From NCBI GenBank assembly GCA_031362565.1, contig JANLSU010000050.1, forward strand, positions 17,588-81,587: DNA of 64,000 nt. The letters run 5' to 3'. This document shows positions 10,201 to 18,875 of the stretch, piece by piece. Position 1 is the stretch's first letter. The number at the start of each line of letters is the position of its first letter. The DNA comes from a bacterium (GTDB lineage Bacteria > Krumholzibacteriota > Krumholzibacteriia > G020349025). A program made the position numbers and the translations under genes. Under the pieces are notes generated by a model, which was not told the DNA's origin, made no database searches, and was given only the letters and a program-made list of their open reading frames with translations.

Positions 10201-11969
10201 TCGGCACGTTGGTGCGCGTCAGCACCGACGTCGTGCATCAATCCTATGTTCTGGACACGGGCCTCGCGCCCAGCACGCGCTACGATTGGGCGGTTGCGGC
10301 GGTCGACAGCAGCGGCTTGGTCGGCGCCTTGTCGCCGAGCGTCACGGCGAGCACCAATCCACCGCAGCTCGCGGGCTGGCCGCTGCTTCTGCCGGCTGCT
10401 ACATCCAGCAGTGTCGCGATCGGCGACATCGACGGCGATGGCAGCCGCGAGATCCTGGTGGGCGACGAAGGCGTCTACGCCTGGCATTCGAACGGCGTCG
10501 AAATGCAGGATGGTGACAACGATGCCAGCACCTGGGGCGCGCTGACGAATGACCCGGCAGTCGTCACCGGTTGCATCGCGCTCGGCGAATTCGATCCGGC
10601 GCGGCCGGGTCTCGAAATCCTGCGCGCCAATTGGGCCGACAGCCGTGTCACTGTCCTTGATGGCCAAGGCAACATTCTGCCGGGCTGGCCGCGCCAGCCC
10701 GCGAACGGTGCACCCGGCTACTGGGGCACGCCGACGGCCGCCGATCTGGACGGCGACGGACGCGCCGAGGCGCTCGTCGTCGGCAAGGACGGCCATTTGT
10801 ACGGCTGGCACTTCGATGGCACACCGCTCGCGGGTGTGGACGGCACGCTCGCCATCGTCGGTGGTTTCACGCGCACGTCGCCGACCGTCGCCAACTTGGA
10901 CGGCGATCCGCAGCTCGAAATCCTCGTCGCCGGCGCCGACGGTTTTCTGCGCGCTCTCAACCTGGACGGCTCCGTCGTCGTGACATCAGGGTCGGCATGG
11001 CCCGTGAATCTCGGCGGCCCGAGTCTGTCGTCACCGGCAGTCGCCGAGATCGACGGTAATCCGCGCACGACGGAAATCGTCGTGACGTCGGAAAACGATC
11101 GCGTGCACGTCATCAGCCATCGTGGCCTCGAACTCACCGGTTGGCCCAAGACGTTGGTCGAGGATTCGCCGAGTTTCGGCCCGTCGCCGGCGCTCGGTGA
11201 CCTGAACGGCGATGGCCGGGCGGAAGTCGTCGTCGTTTCGAATCGGAATCCGGCGTCGCTCAGCACTCTTGTCGTCTATGACGGCGCGACCAGCACGGTG
11301 CTGCTCACGAAGCTGCTCAACAATAGCTCCGAGTCGTCGCCCATTCTGGCCGACGTCGACGGCAACGGTTCGGTGGATGTCGTGGTTGGTGGCGAGAGCG
11401 GTGTCATCAATGCCTGGAACCTCGCGGGCCAGCAGTTAGACGGCTTCCCGCTGACCGTCAACGATTTCGTGCGCAGTACGCCCGCTTACGCCGACGTCGA
11501 TGGCGATGGCGGCGCCGATCTCGTCCTCGCGGGCTGGGACCGCAATCTCTATATCTGGGACTTGAGTGCGCCGTATGTCGCGGCCCGCGCGCCGTGGCCG
11601 ACGTTCTGCCGGGACGCGTCGCGCACCGGCAATGCCCTCGAGAAGCTGCCGACCGACAGCGGCGGCGGCGCCGTGCCGGCCGCCAACCCGCCGCGCTTCC
11701 GGGTGCTGCCCAACGTACCGAATCCGTTCAATCCAAGCACCGAGTTGCGGTTCGAGCTGCCCATCGCCGGCGACACGGGCGTACGGATTTTCGATGCGCA
11801 GGGGCGCTTGGTGCGGACCCTCGTCCATGCAGTGCTTGCCGCCGGCGCGCACACCGTCGAGTGGAACGGCCGCGACGATGCGGGCCACACGCTGGCAAGC
11901 GGCATCTACTGGTCGCGCGTCGAATTCGCCGGCCAAGTGCGCATGCGCAAGCTGACGCTGCTCAAGTAA
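7272..11969 (+). CDS. Exported C25 (gingipain-family) cysteine peptidase with Ig/FN3 domains, FG-GAP repeats and a C-terminal FlgD-Ig (T9SS-like) domain
   Basis: YLIVT..F..LADWK, YVLLGGD, TDLYY, catalytic-type HIGHG and LLNC, LGDP; FN3 (LTW...GYHVYR..L.PSTRY); several D-x-DGDG repeats; C-terminal NVPNPFNPST...WNGRD..G..LASGIY..KLTLLK. Confidence 0.88.
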   Translation: MAPNHPHGSRSRSRSRSRWPGGLALVASSVLNTGLVSPAAARQIETTLPARTTTTSVPVGSDVVGSAAAAAGSAILGSAAAAVRSGGGLLGGSEGALYTFVVPDGEVATAVRSLDPGTAVELVGTATWRGAALAIVRATGRDVTGPGATGPGAALDAFGQRVVIETAMAPGAPAPGTGAAAGDAIRRLRPDPAGEQAERAELRALVANPADVAVFHPALPPRVAKATPSRFRPSSYPDLEGSPVRYLIVTDAAFVADFQTLADWKTRRGFPAQVRTLDWVVAHARHGSDLAETIRNFLQDAYALWGVDYVLLGGDTDRIPARIATSGVPGTATPVPTDLYYACLDGTWNANRNGIWAEPATGANNLGDQADLYAELFVARAPVHSGTEVQNFVQKTIRYETPIDTAYQNQMLLLGEVLSPADYDSLQSITLDGAALSEQVRINNVPGTQAITRQYETAFLYPGSTKITKAASLAAMNAGTNFVNHIGHGFRYNMSVGNASIVNADADAMTNGNRTFILYLLNCTALAYDSNSLGERFLLAPSGGAAGVIGASREAYPSTSIAYNQAFYDQLFAQGNTALATAFSNARLGRTVFTFFDTQDRWTHFIDNVLGDPALTVYTGPALAPQVTHPATIALGTTSVAVHVDAASVPVAGALVCLWKGDEAYATGTTDGSGDITLDLRADTQGSVLVTVSQRNLRTYLGTIAVGASAPAHPRIASATIIDDGSNGSVGNGDGEADAGETVGLDVHIANAGGASITARARLVSGLLQAVALQDSVELGVLAPSATPTAIAHFLVHLDPAIADQTTVPFTVQFRDQSATSFGSEALPKVIHAPRLEVVEVLPASAAGTTTFNVVVKNFGSGAATALAATLTSTDPDVSIGQGAATIAAAASYGTGSTSPALVVTETNTTQRNRLHLALVDGFGRSTPFDFDLRGPGTASKPVADASQGPTVMRLTWSTSADADLLGYHVYRRLSGIGTLVRVSTDVVHQSYVLDTGLAPSTRYDWAVAAVDSSGLVGALSPSVTASTNPPQLAGWPLLLPAATSSSVAIGDIDGDGSREILVGDEGVYAWHSNGVEMQDGDNDASTWGALTNDPAVVTGCIALGEFDPARPGLEILRANWADSRVTVLDGQGNILPGWPRQPANGAPGYWGTPTAADLDGDGRAEALVVGKDGHLYGWHFDGTPLAGVDGTLAIVGGFTRTSPTVANLDGDPQLEILVAGADGFLRALNLDGSVVVTSGSAWPVNLGGPSLSSPAVAEIDGNPRTTEIVVTSENDRVHVISHRGLELTGWPKTLVEDSPSFGPSPALGDLNGDGRAEVVVVSNRNPASLSTLVVYDGATSTVLLTKLLNNSSESSPILADVDGNGSVDVVVGGESGVINAWNLAGQQLDGFPLTVNDFVRSTPAYADVDGDGGADLVLAGWDRNLYIWDLSAPYVAARAPWPTFCRDASRTGNALEKLPTDSGGGAVPAANPPRFRVLPNVPNPFNPSTELRFELPIAGDTGVRIFDAQGRLVRTLVHAVLAAGAHTVEWNGRDDAGHTLASGIYWSRVEFAGQVRMRKLTLLK
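7294..7323 (+). repeat. (GATCCC)5 hexanucleotide tandem repeat in the peptidase N-terminus
   Basis: Five perfect GATCCC copies encoding a Ser-Arg run. Confidence 0.9.
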
Positions 11970-11999
11970 ACGGCGCGCGAAGAAGCCCCTGAAAGACCG

Positions 12000-12035
12000 G
12001 AGCCCCGCTCATCCGTGTTGCACGGAGCGGGGCTC
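12000..12035. terminator. Hairpin between convergent genes (probable terminator)
   Basis: GAGCCCCGCTC / GAGCGGGGCTC 11-bp inverted repeat 30 nt after the peptidase stop. Confidence 0.65.
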
Positions 12036-12119
12036 AGTTGCGTGGGGATTTCTTGTTGCGGAGATTGGGCGGCGCGGCCGGCCCGGGGTTTTGGGCCATG
12101 GCGCCGCGCCGCCCGGGGC

Positions 12120-12605
12120 TCAGTGCATCTCGACCTGCAGACGCTCCATCGCGTCGCGTGCGAGTGCGTAACCGGAATCGTGTTCGAGGGCGCGGCGATA
12201 CTCGCGCTGCGCGCGCTCGCGGTGCCCCAGCTTCTCGTAGGCACGCCCTAAGTTGTAGTGCGCGTAGTGGTATGTCAGGTAGCGCGGCGCTTTGACTGCC
12301 TGCTCTAGATACGGGATGGCCTCCATCGGCCGGTCCAAGGCCAACAAATAGGCGCCCAGATCGTTCAACGGATTGCCGAACTCGGGGTCCAACGTGATCG
12401 CGTGGCGGCAGAGCCGGATGGCCGGTTCGAAGTTGCCGCGCATGCTCTCGGTCCACGCCATGAACGTGTACGCTTCCGGGCTCTCGACGCAATCGATCGA
12501 GCGGCCGTAGTAATACAGGGCTCGATCCAGATCGCCCTGCATCTGCAGCTCGTAGGCCAGCTCGAAATAGTCCTGGGCCATCAGTTTCATGGACTGCGAA
12601 TTCAC
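12120..12605 (-). CDS. Tetratricopeptide repeat protein
   Basis: TPR patterns (A..YY..SI...EAYT; P.FGNP.NDLG.YL; AHYNLGR.YE..G); GTG start with GGAGG RBS. Confidence 0.85.
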   Translation of the reverse strand: MNSQSMKLMAQDYFELAYELQMQGDLDRALYYYGRSIDCVESPEAYTFMAWTESMRGNFEPAIRLCRHAITLDPEFGNPLNDLGAYLLALDRPMEAIPYLEQAVKAPRYLTYHYAHYNLGRAYEKLGHRERAQREYRRALEHDSGYALARDAMERLQVEMH

Positions 12606-12622
12606 AGCGGTCCTCCGAAGGT

Positions 12623-14032
12623 CTAACTGCGGATCGCGGCGGCGCCGGAGCGTTCGCCGTACAGGCGGCGCAAGTCGGCAGCCGTTTGCCGGCCGTCGTG
12701 CTTGCGAACTGCCAAGGCGCGGAGGCGCTCGCCGAGTTCGGGCCGCAGCCGCACGATGCGCCCGAGCTTTTCTTCAATTTCACGGACCGCCGGTGCGTCG
12801 GCGCGCAACACGCACAGCGACGCGATCTCGGCCGAGATCTCGCTCGCGATCGTGCTGACCACCTGGGCTGCGGGGGTGGCTTCGCGCACGAGCGGCAGCA
12901 CGCCGCCCGCCAACGCCTCGAGCGCCACGTGCGCCGACCGGCGCGGGTCGATGCCAGGCAGCACGGCGACGTCGGCCAGCGCCAGGAGCGCCGCGAATTC
13001 ACTGCGTTCAACTTCGCCCGCGAAGCGCACCCGCCGCTCCGGCTCGAGGCGCGCGGCGTTCGCCCACCAGGCGTCGGCGCGTCCCTGAGCGTGCAGCAGA
13101 TCGAGGTGATCGGCGAGCGGCTGGTACATCTCGTTCGTTTGCAGGATGGCGTACAGCGCCTCGGGATTCCGGGCCGCGAGCGCCGCGCGCAGGCTGTCGA
13201 TGGCCGGCGACGGCGGCCCGAGCTGCGCGACGATGGCGATCAGGCCGGGCTGGGTCCGCAGCAATTCCGGCAGGGCGAACAGCAGATGCTCGAAGCCATC
13301 CGTTTCGCCTTCGTGTTGCACGCACAACACCACGCAGGCCCGCTCCCAATCGATGCCATCCAACCGCGACGCGAGTTCGGGTTTGCGGGCAAGACGTAAG
13401 GCGGCGTTCCGGCGCTCTGGGCGTGGGAGGGGCTTAAAAAACTCCAAGTCCACACCACGGTGGAGCATGCGCGGCCGTAGGGGGGACTCGCCGGCGCGCC
13501 CCGGAAACGCCGCCTCCATCGAGCGGCGCATGTCCTCGTCGAACAACACGATGTGGCGGGCGTCGCGCAGCACGGCGCGGCCGCGCTCGGAGACCTCGCG
13601 CCGGTCGATGAGATCGGTCCAGCGCGGCGTCACGCAGTAAGGAGTTCCGGTGCGCTCGTGCACGAGCCGCACCACGCGTCCGGCGATGCCCAGTCCGACG
13701 GCGTGCAGGACGTCGAGGCCTTCGGTCTGCAACACGGCGCAGACTTGGCTGGCGAGCAGGTCGAGACATTCGTCGGTAGGTTCGCGGTCGATCCAGGCGG
13801 CGGGCGCCGGATCGGCGGCAGCTGCCGCGCTATTGCGGTAGACCCACGTTTCAGCATGACGAATGGAATGCGTGATGCGCGGTGCCGGAGCAGGAACGAC
13901 CTCGATGCGATGTGTCTGGAAGCCCTCGCTCGCGAGACCGCGTGCGACGTCGTCGACGAGAGCATGCGCGCCCGGGCTGCGGACGCGCCCTTCGAGCACG
14001 AAGCCGACCATCTTCACCACCACCCGTCCCAA
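12623..14032 (-). CDS. Glycosyltransferase family 4-like protein
   Basis: LDVLHA, GVDLEFFKP, VRFAG, ADVAVLP, ALEALAGG motifs of GT-B fold; start uncertain. Confidence 0.75.
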   Translation of the reverse strand: MGRVVVKMVGFVLEGRVRSPGAHALVDDVARGLASEGFQTHRIEVVPAPAPRITHSIRHAETWVYRNSAAAAADPAPAAWIDREPTDECLDLLASQVCAVLQTEGLDVLHAVGLGIAGRVVRLVHERTGTPYCVTPRWTDLIDRREVSERGRAVLRDARHIVLFDEDMRRSMEAAFPGRAGESPLRPRMLHRGVDLEFFKPLPRPERRNAALRLARKPELASRLDGIDWERACVVLCVQHEGETDGFEHLLFALPELLRTQPGLIAIVAQLGPPSPAIDSLRAALAARNPEALYAILQTNEMYQPLADHLDLLHAQGRADAWWANAARLEPERRVRFAGEVERSEFAALLALADVAVLPGIDPRRSAHVALEALAGGVLPLVREATPAAQVVSTIASEISAEIASLCVLRADAPAVREIEEKLGRIVRLRPELGERLRALAVRKHDGRQTAADLRRLYGERSGAAAIRS

Positions 14033-14135
14033 CCACCTCGGCCGGGAGCGCAGAGTCCTTGCAGTGGTGCGTTGTCGTCAATACAAAATATGTGTTGTCG
14101 GGAATGGCGCGGAGTGCGGACTTGCGCGCGGCGCT

Positions 14136-15692
14136 TCAGAAACGACTGACAAGCAGGGCGCTGACTCCTTCAAACTCCAAGACTCGATAGCAAGTACCGG
14201 CCGTGCACGCGAGGCCGCCGCGCCGCCGTCCCCAGAAGAGCGACAAGCTGTGGCGATCGCGGCTCAAACTCGCTTGCAGGGAATCGAACGCGCGCCGTGC
14301 GACGTGTCCGGTGACCGGATCCGTGGCTTCACCCGGATCATTGGTGGTCTGGCGGACGACGCCGATCGAGAAATGTTCGGCCCACGCATAGGTGAGAGAT
14401 GCATAGCGGTCCTCGATGTCGACCGATTGGCGCGACGTGCGGCGCGTCGCCGACTGGCGCTCCAATTCGGCTTCGATGCTGTGCACGCCGGCGAACGGCA
14501 TTTGCGTGAAGCCGCCGAACGTATCGCGGTCATGCGTGCTGTCGAAGTCGTCCGCGCCGCGGCCACCAAAGAGCGCCGCCGTACGGCCCCGCCAGTGGGT
14601 GGCGAGTTCGGCGTAGCGTTCGTGAAACCGCCGCGACCGGGCATTCTCGGCGCGGCTCCAATTGAGTGTCAGTTCCGCCCAGCCGCGGTAATCAACGCGC
14701 GTTTCGAACTGATACCCCTGTTCTTGCTGCGGCTCGACGACGTGGGTGACACGGTTCAAGAGGGCATACGAATGCTCGCGGACCAGCGGCGGCGGTTCGT
14801 TCGCGAAGAGCTGCAGCCCTTGGTAGTCTTTGTATTCGTAGGTCGCGCCCCATCGGAGTCCCGGCAACGGTTCATCGAGAGTCGCGGACTGCGACACGTA
14901 CACGCCGTAGCCGCGCCCTTGGCTGGTGCGCGGGCTGGGGCGAGCGAAATGTCCCGACACGTGGGCGTACTCGCCATACGTATCAAGTGTCAAACGCGAC
15001 CAGCCGGCGCGCTCGAGCCACGGGTCGGCGGTGAACTGCACGAAGCCGCCGCCGCCTTCGTGGGGCGCGCCGTCGATGCCATCGATACGCACGTAGTTGG
15101 CGCCGGCCCGCGTGCCGCGCACGATCTCGGCGCTCGCCGTCGCGCCGGCCACGTCGAGGACGCGCGGTTGGTCGGGCGGCAGAGCCTCGACACGCGGCTT
15201 GCCTTGCACGACCTCGACATTCCAGCGGGCGCCGCCCGTCCGCAGGCGCAGGCCATCGAGATCGCGCGAATCGGCGTATTGCGCCAATCCAATCTCTTCG
15301 CGAATCACCCCTGGGAGTTCAAAGGCACGCAGCAGCAGGCCGCGCCCGAAGAGGGTTTCGTAGTTGCCGACCGTAATCTCGAGGCCGTCGGCGGCCCAGG
15401 TGGCGTAGCGCCGCGAGAACTCCCGCAGTTGGAGAGTGCGCGGCTCGGAGACGTCATAGAACTCATACCGGAAACCGAGCCGCAACGCGGCGTGCGACCA
15501 GTCGAGCGTGAAAGCGTCGAAGGTCGAATAGCCCGTCGACGGTAGTCCGGGGTTCGGCGGTTGGAACGGCAGGTTGCCAGGCGGCTTGCCGGAGCGAATG
15601 AGGGCGATATTCGAAGCACTGATCTGCGCCTCCGCACCCGCCGCGAAGCAAGCGAGAGCGCCGACGATAGCAAAAATATGCGGCTTGTTCAC
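14136..15692 (-). CDS. DUF6029-like outer-membrane beta-barrel protein
   Basis: Signal peptide; GNYETLFGRGLLLR; alternating beta-strands; C-terminal GGLACTAGTCY..FEG..RF ending in Phe. Start overlaps the upstream stop (GTGA). Confidence 0.7.
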   Translation of the reverse strand: MNKPHIFAIVGALACFAAGAEAQISASNIALIRSGKPPGNLPFQPPNPGLPSTGYSTFDAFTLDWSHAALRLGFRYEFYDVSEPRTLQLREFSRRYATWAADGLEITVGNYETLFGRGLLLRAFELPGVIREEIGLAQYADSRDLDGLRLRTGGARWNVEVVQGKPRVEALPPDQPRVLDVAGATASAEIVRGTRAGANYVRIDGIDGAPHEGGGGFVQFTADPWLERAGWSRLTLDTYGEYAHVSGHFARPSPRTSQGRGYGVYVSQSATLDEPLPGLRWGATYEYKDYQGLQLFANEPPPLVREHSYALLNRVTHVVEPQQEQGYQFETRVDYRGWAELTLNWSRAENARSRRFHERYAELATHWRGRTAALFGGRGADDFDSTHDRDTFGGFTQMPFAGVHSIEAELERQSATRRTSRQSVDIEDRYASLTYAWAEHFSIGVVRQTTNDPGEATDPVTGHVARRAFDSLQASLSRDRHSLSLFWGRRRGGLACTAGTCYRVLEFEGVSALLVSRF

Positions 15693-16240
15693 TGCTTCGG
15701 GGCCTTGTCCAGCAACGCCTCGGTTGCCTTGCGGAGGGCATCGATTTCGCCGGGCCGGTAGCCGAACGTCGTGCGCACGACCGTACCGTCCTTATCGAGG
15801 AGCAGCGTCGTCGGCAACGCCGGAATCTGCAACTGGCTCTGCGCCGCGCGGTTCAAATCGAGGACGATGGGAAAGTCGATGCCGTGGCTCTTGGCAAACG
15901 GTTTCACCTTCGGCGCGTTGCGCGGTCCGTCCTCGTTCACACCGACGATCTGCAAGCCGCGCGGCGCCAGGTCGGCATACAACTGCTGGAGTTCCGGCAA
16001 GGCGCTGATGCACGGCTTGCACCAGGTCGCCCAGAAATCCAGGATGACCGGTCCCTTGCCGAGATACGACGCCAGTTCGACGCTACGCCCTTCGAGGTCT
16101 TGGAGCCGCAGGCCGGCGAGTGAGATTTTTTGCGCCGGCGCTTCCTGTCCAGCAGCCGGGCCAGCCAGAACTGCCGCGAGCAGGCAGGTGAGTGCCGCGG
16201 TTTGGGCGCGAGCGATGCGGCCACGCCGGTGCATTCTCAT
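15689..16240 (-). CDS. TlpA/ResA-family thiol-disulfide oxidoreductase, exported
   Basis: Signal peptide; LDFWATWCKPC; LPTTLLLDKDG. ATG overlaps the upstream TGA (ATGA, 16237-16240). Confidence 0.9.
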   Translation of the reverse strand: MRMHRRGRIARAQTAALTCLLAAVLAGPAAGQEAPAQKISLAGLRLQDLEGRSVELASYLGKGPVILDFWATWCKPCISALPELQQLYADLAPRGLQIVGVNEDGPRNAPKVKPFAKSHGIDFPIVLDLNRAAQSQLQIPALPTTLLLDKDGTVVRTTFGYRPGEIDALRKATEALLDKAPKQ

Positions 16241-16785
16241 CGATACAATCCCTTCACGGTCGACCATGTTGGTGTCGCAACCGGCGTCGGCAGGTTCGCG
16301 ACGATGGCTGCCCGCACGTGCGCCTCGTTGAAGGCGAAGTCCAAGTCCGACTGGTAGCGCACGATGCCCTGCGGGTCGATGACGAAGTAGTTGTCACGGA
16401 TCTGATTGTAATACGCTGGGCCCACGAGATATCCACCCAGACGCAGGAACGGGAACGTGATGCCGGTGCGATCGACGAAGCTTTGGGCACCGGAGGCCGA
16501 GCCCTGCCACACGTCCACCGCCAAGGTTTGAAATCCAGGCCCCGCCTTATAGTCCTGCCAGACTTGCTCCACGACCGGACCGGCCGTGCGACACTCGCCT
16601 CAATTCCACCCAAACAGCGCCAGCAGCACGACCTTGCCGCGGAGCGCGCTGAGCGTCCAGCTCTGACCGTTGGTGTCGGTGAGCGTGAAATCAGGCGCCG
16701 GGTCGCCGACCTGGAGCGCGGCGGCCGGCGATCCGAGCGCGCCACAGAGGGCGGCGGATGCGACAAGGAGGCGCAAGGAACGCAT
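16237..16785 (-). CDS. Exported AhpC/TlpA-like redoxin, predicted selenoprotein (UxxC; UGA at 16600-16602)
   Basis: ORFs 16600..16785 and 16237..16572 are in one frame and join as ...VGDPAPDFTL..RGKVVLLALFGWN-TGA-GEC-RTAGP...FVIDPQGIVRY; the TGA occupies the first Cys of CxxC and a SECIS-like hairpin follows. Confidence 0.82.
16570..16588 (-). promoter_or_regulatory. Putative bacterial SECIS hairpin
   Basis: mRNA CACGGCC-GGUCC-GGUCGUG (7-bp stem with one G-U pair, GGU at the loop) starts exactly 11 nt after the UGA. Confidence 0.7.
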
Positions 16786-16921
16786 GGTCTTCTCCTCGGC
16801 ACTGGAACGAACCCCACGAGTCTACAGGACCAACACTACACCCAACCAGGCCAGGCGCCCGGGTATTCCGGGGCTGGGCTGGGGTGGGGCGGGGCGAAGG
16901 CGGCCCAAGGTTCGCGGGCGT

Positions 16922-17761
16922 TCAGACCAGCGCCGCACTCACGCGGCGCTCCCGATCGGCGACGTGCGCCGCGATGAGCGCCAGGGCGTCGTGCGTGCCG
17001 GCGTCGATCGCCACCCACTCGGCGCCTTGCGCGCGGGCGTCGGCCCCGAGCGCCAGCCCGAGCCCGGCGTCGAGACCGGAGTGCACCAGGACGAGCAGTG
17101 CCGGGTGCTCGGCGCGCAGTCCGCCGCGCACCACCTCGGGGGTCACATCGGACCCCAGGTCCACCACGCGCCAACCGCGTTCGGCGAGCGTCACGTGGAC
17201 GAGGATCGCGGTGACCGCGTCGGCGGTGCCGGGTGCCGCTGCCAGAAGCGCGGTCGCGGCTGCAACGCGAGTCGCCGCCGTTTGGTCGAGCAACGAACGC
17301 AACGTCGTGACGGCGCATTGCTCCGCCCGACGGCGCTTGAAGGCGTCGAAGTCGGGCGCCAGCGCCGTCGCAACGAGTTCGTGCCAGGCCCGCGCCACGA
17401 GGGCCGCGGATTCCGCCAAGCGCAGCCCATGACGGTGCAGGTCGAGGGCAATGCCGCGCGCCGTGGCGGTGTCACCGTTCCCCAAGGCGGTCGCGATGTG
17501 GGCGGCGAGAGCAGCGTGGTTCCCCTGCAGGAGCAGCAGTGCGAGTTCATCGATCTGAGCCGCGGGCCGCACTTCGGTGTCGACGATCGACAGCCCGAGT
17601 TTGCGGCCGGCCTCGGCGACATCCTGCACGCGGTACTTGCGATGCCCGCCCGGCGTGCGCACGCAGCGCAAGAGCCCGGCGTCGGTCCAACGTTTGACAG
17701 TGGAAATGCTGACCCCGCAGACGCGGGCTAAATCGGCGGTCGAATAGAATCGATCCCTCAT
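16922..17761 (-). CDS. MerR/excisionase-type HTH regulator with a degenerate B12-binding-like domain (CarH/LitR-like architecture)
   Basis: YSTADLARVCGVSISTVKRWTDAG.L...RTPGGHRKY; C-terminal L..RGW.VVDLG.DV.P Rossmann-like segment. Confidence 0.75.
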   Translation of the reverse strand: MRDRFYSTADLARVCGVSISTVKRWTDAGLLRCVRTPGGHRKYRVQDVAEAGRKLGLSIVDTEVRPAAQIDELALLLLQGNHAALAAHIATALGNGDTATARGIALDLHRHGLRLAESAALVARAWHELVATALAPDFDAFKRRRAEQCAVTTLRSLLDQTAATRVAAATALLAAAPGTADAVTAILVHVTLAERGWRVVDLGSDVTPEVVRGGLRAEHPALLVLVHSGLDAGLGLALGADARAQGAEWVAIDAGTHDALALIAAHVADRERRVSAALV

Positions 17762-17913
17762 CCCTACCCATCCTCCCTGGCGCCGGTGCCGCCGACAGCG
17801 GATTCGAACGATCCGGTCGGTATGGGCTCCTTTGCGTTCGACTAGGCGCAGAGTAGCCGCATGGAGTCCAGGCGCGCAAGCGCCGGTTTCGCCGACCAAG
17901 GGCGGAAACGAGC

Positions 17914-17937
17914 GCGGCCCCGGAGTTCCGGGGCCGC
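17914..17937 (-). terminator. Hairpin terminator downstream of the cyclophilin gene
   Basis: GCGGCCCCGGA-GT-TCCGGGGCCGC inverted repeat. Confidence 0.6.
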
Positions 17938-17966
17938 ACCGCACGTCCAAGCTGCGCCTTGGTGGG

Positions 17967-18581
17967 TCACTCGACGAGGATGGCCTTCTTGATCACGATC
18001 GGCACGAGCGGCTGGCCCTCGGAGATCTGTGTCGCCGCGACCTTGACGGCTTTGATCTTCTCGACGACATCGGTGCCGCCGACGACTTTCCCGAACACGC
18101 AGTAGCCGACGCCGTCGGAATACTTCGCCTTGTCCAAGAAGCCATTCTTGGCCGTGACGTTGATGAAAAATTGGTCGGTGGCGCTATTCGGTGCATTCGT
18201 GCGCGCCATGGCGACGGTATAGAGCTCGTTGGACAGGCCGTTCGTCGATTCGTTGACGATCGGTGGCAGGCCCGGCTTCTCCTTGTAATTCACATCGAGC
18301 CCACCGCCCTGAATCATGAAGTTGGACATGACGCGGTGGAATACGGTGCCATCGTAGTGGCCGTTCTTCACGTAGGCCAGGAAGTTGGCGACGGTCTTCG
18401 GAGCTTCCTTCTTATAGAGCTCGATCGTGATGTCGCCGAGTGTGGTCGTCATCTTCACGACCGGGTTGGTCGCATCCTTCACTTTCTGGACCGCCTCGGG
18501 GACTGCCGCAGTTGCGGCGTGAGTGGCGCCCAGCACGAGGATCGTGCTGGCAAGGGCGAACGCCCGACGAACCGATTGCAT
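17967..18581 (-). CDS. Cyclophilin-type peptidyl-prolyl cis-trans isomerase, exported
   Basis: APKTVANFL.Y, YDGTVFHRV..FMIQGGG, VAMART, QFFIN, GYCVFGKV; signal peptide; GGAGG RBS. Confidence 0.95.
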   Translation of the reverse strand: MQSVRRAFALASTILVLGATHAATAAVPEAVQKVKDATNPVVKMTTTLGDITIELYKKEAPKTVANFLAYVKNGHYDGTVFHRVMSNFMIQGGGLDVNYKEKPGLPPIVNESTNGLSNELYTVAMARTNAPNSATDQFFINVTAKNGFLDKAKYSDGVGYCVFGKVVGGTDVVEKIKAVKVAATQISEGQPLVPIVIKKAILVE

Positions 18582-18780
18582 GCGAACCTCCGGCAGCAAG
18601 GCTTGGAACGGCAGGCCCTGGAATCGGGCCGCGAATTTTCGGCGCGGGAGACTACCACGCGCCGCACGAACCGCGACCCCCTTCGACACCACGGCCCGGC
18701 GCCAGGTTCCAAGGTGGCGGTTGCCGCCGCCCGGCGCGCCGTTCCGAGGCACGACCGGCCGCTGCCGGGAGCAAAGCAAA

Positions 18781-18806
18781 GGCCCCGCGGCACGTGCCGC
18801 GGGGCC
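18781..18806 (-). terminator. Rho-independent terminator of the beta-barrel gene
   Basis: Perfect palindrome GGCCCCGCGGCAC-GTGCCGCGGGGCC followed on the minus strand by TTTGCTTTGC. Confidence 0.7.
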
Positions 18807-18875
18807 ATGGACCTTCGCCAGGGGTGTCGTGGGAGGAAGGCCCTCCTCGCCCCGACGTTCGCCGGAAAGCGAGCG

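Noticed and set aside
16600..16785. Two separate small genes or a simple nonsense pseudogene
   Set aside because: The TGA falls on the catalytic Cys position with a correctly spaced hairpin and both halves are intact, so Sec recoding is more parsimonious; not fully excluded without the sel genes.
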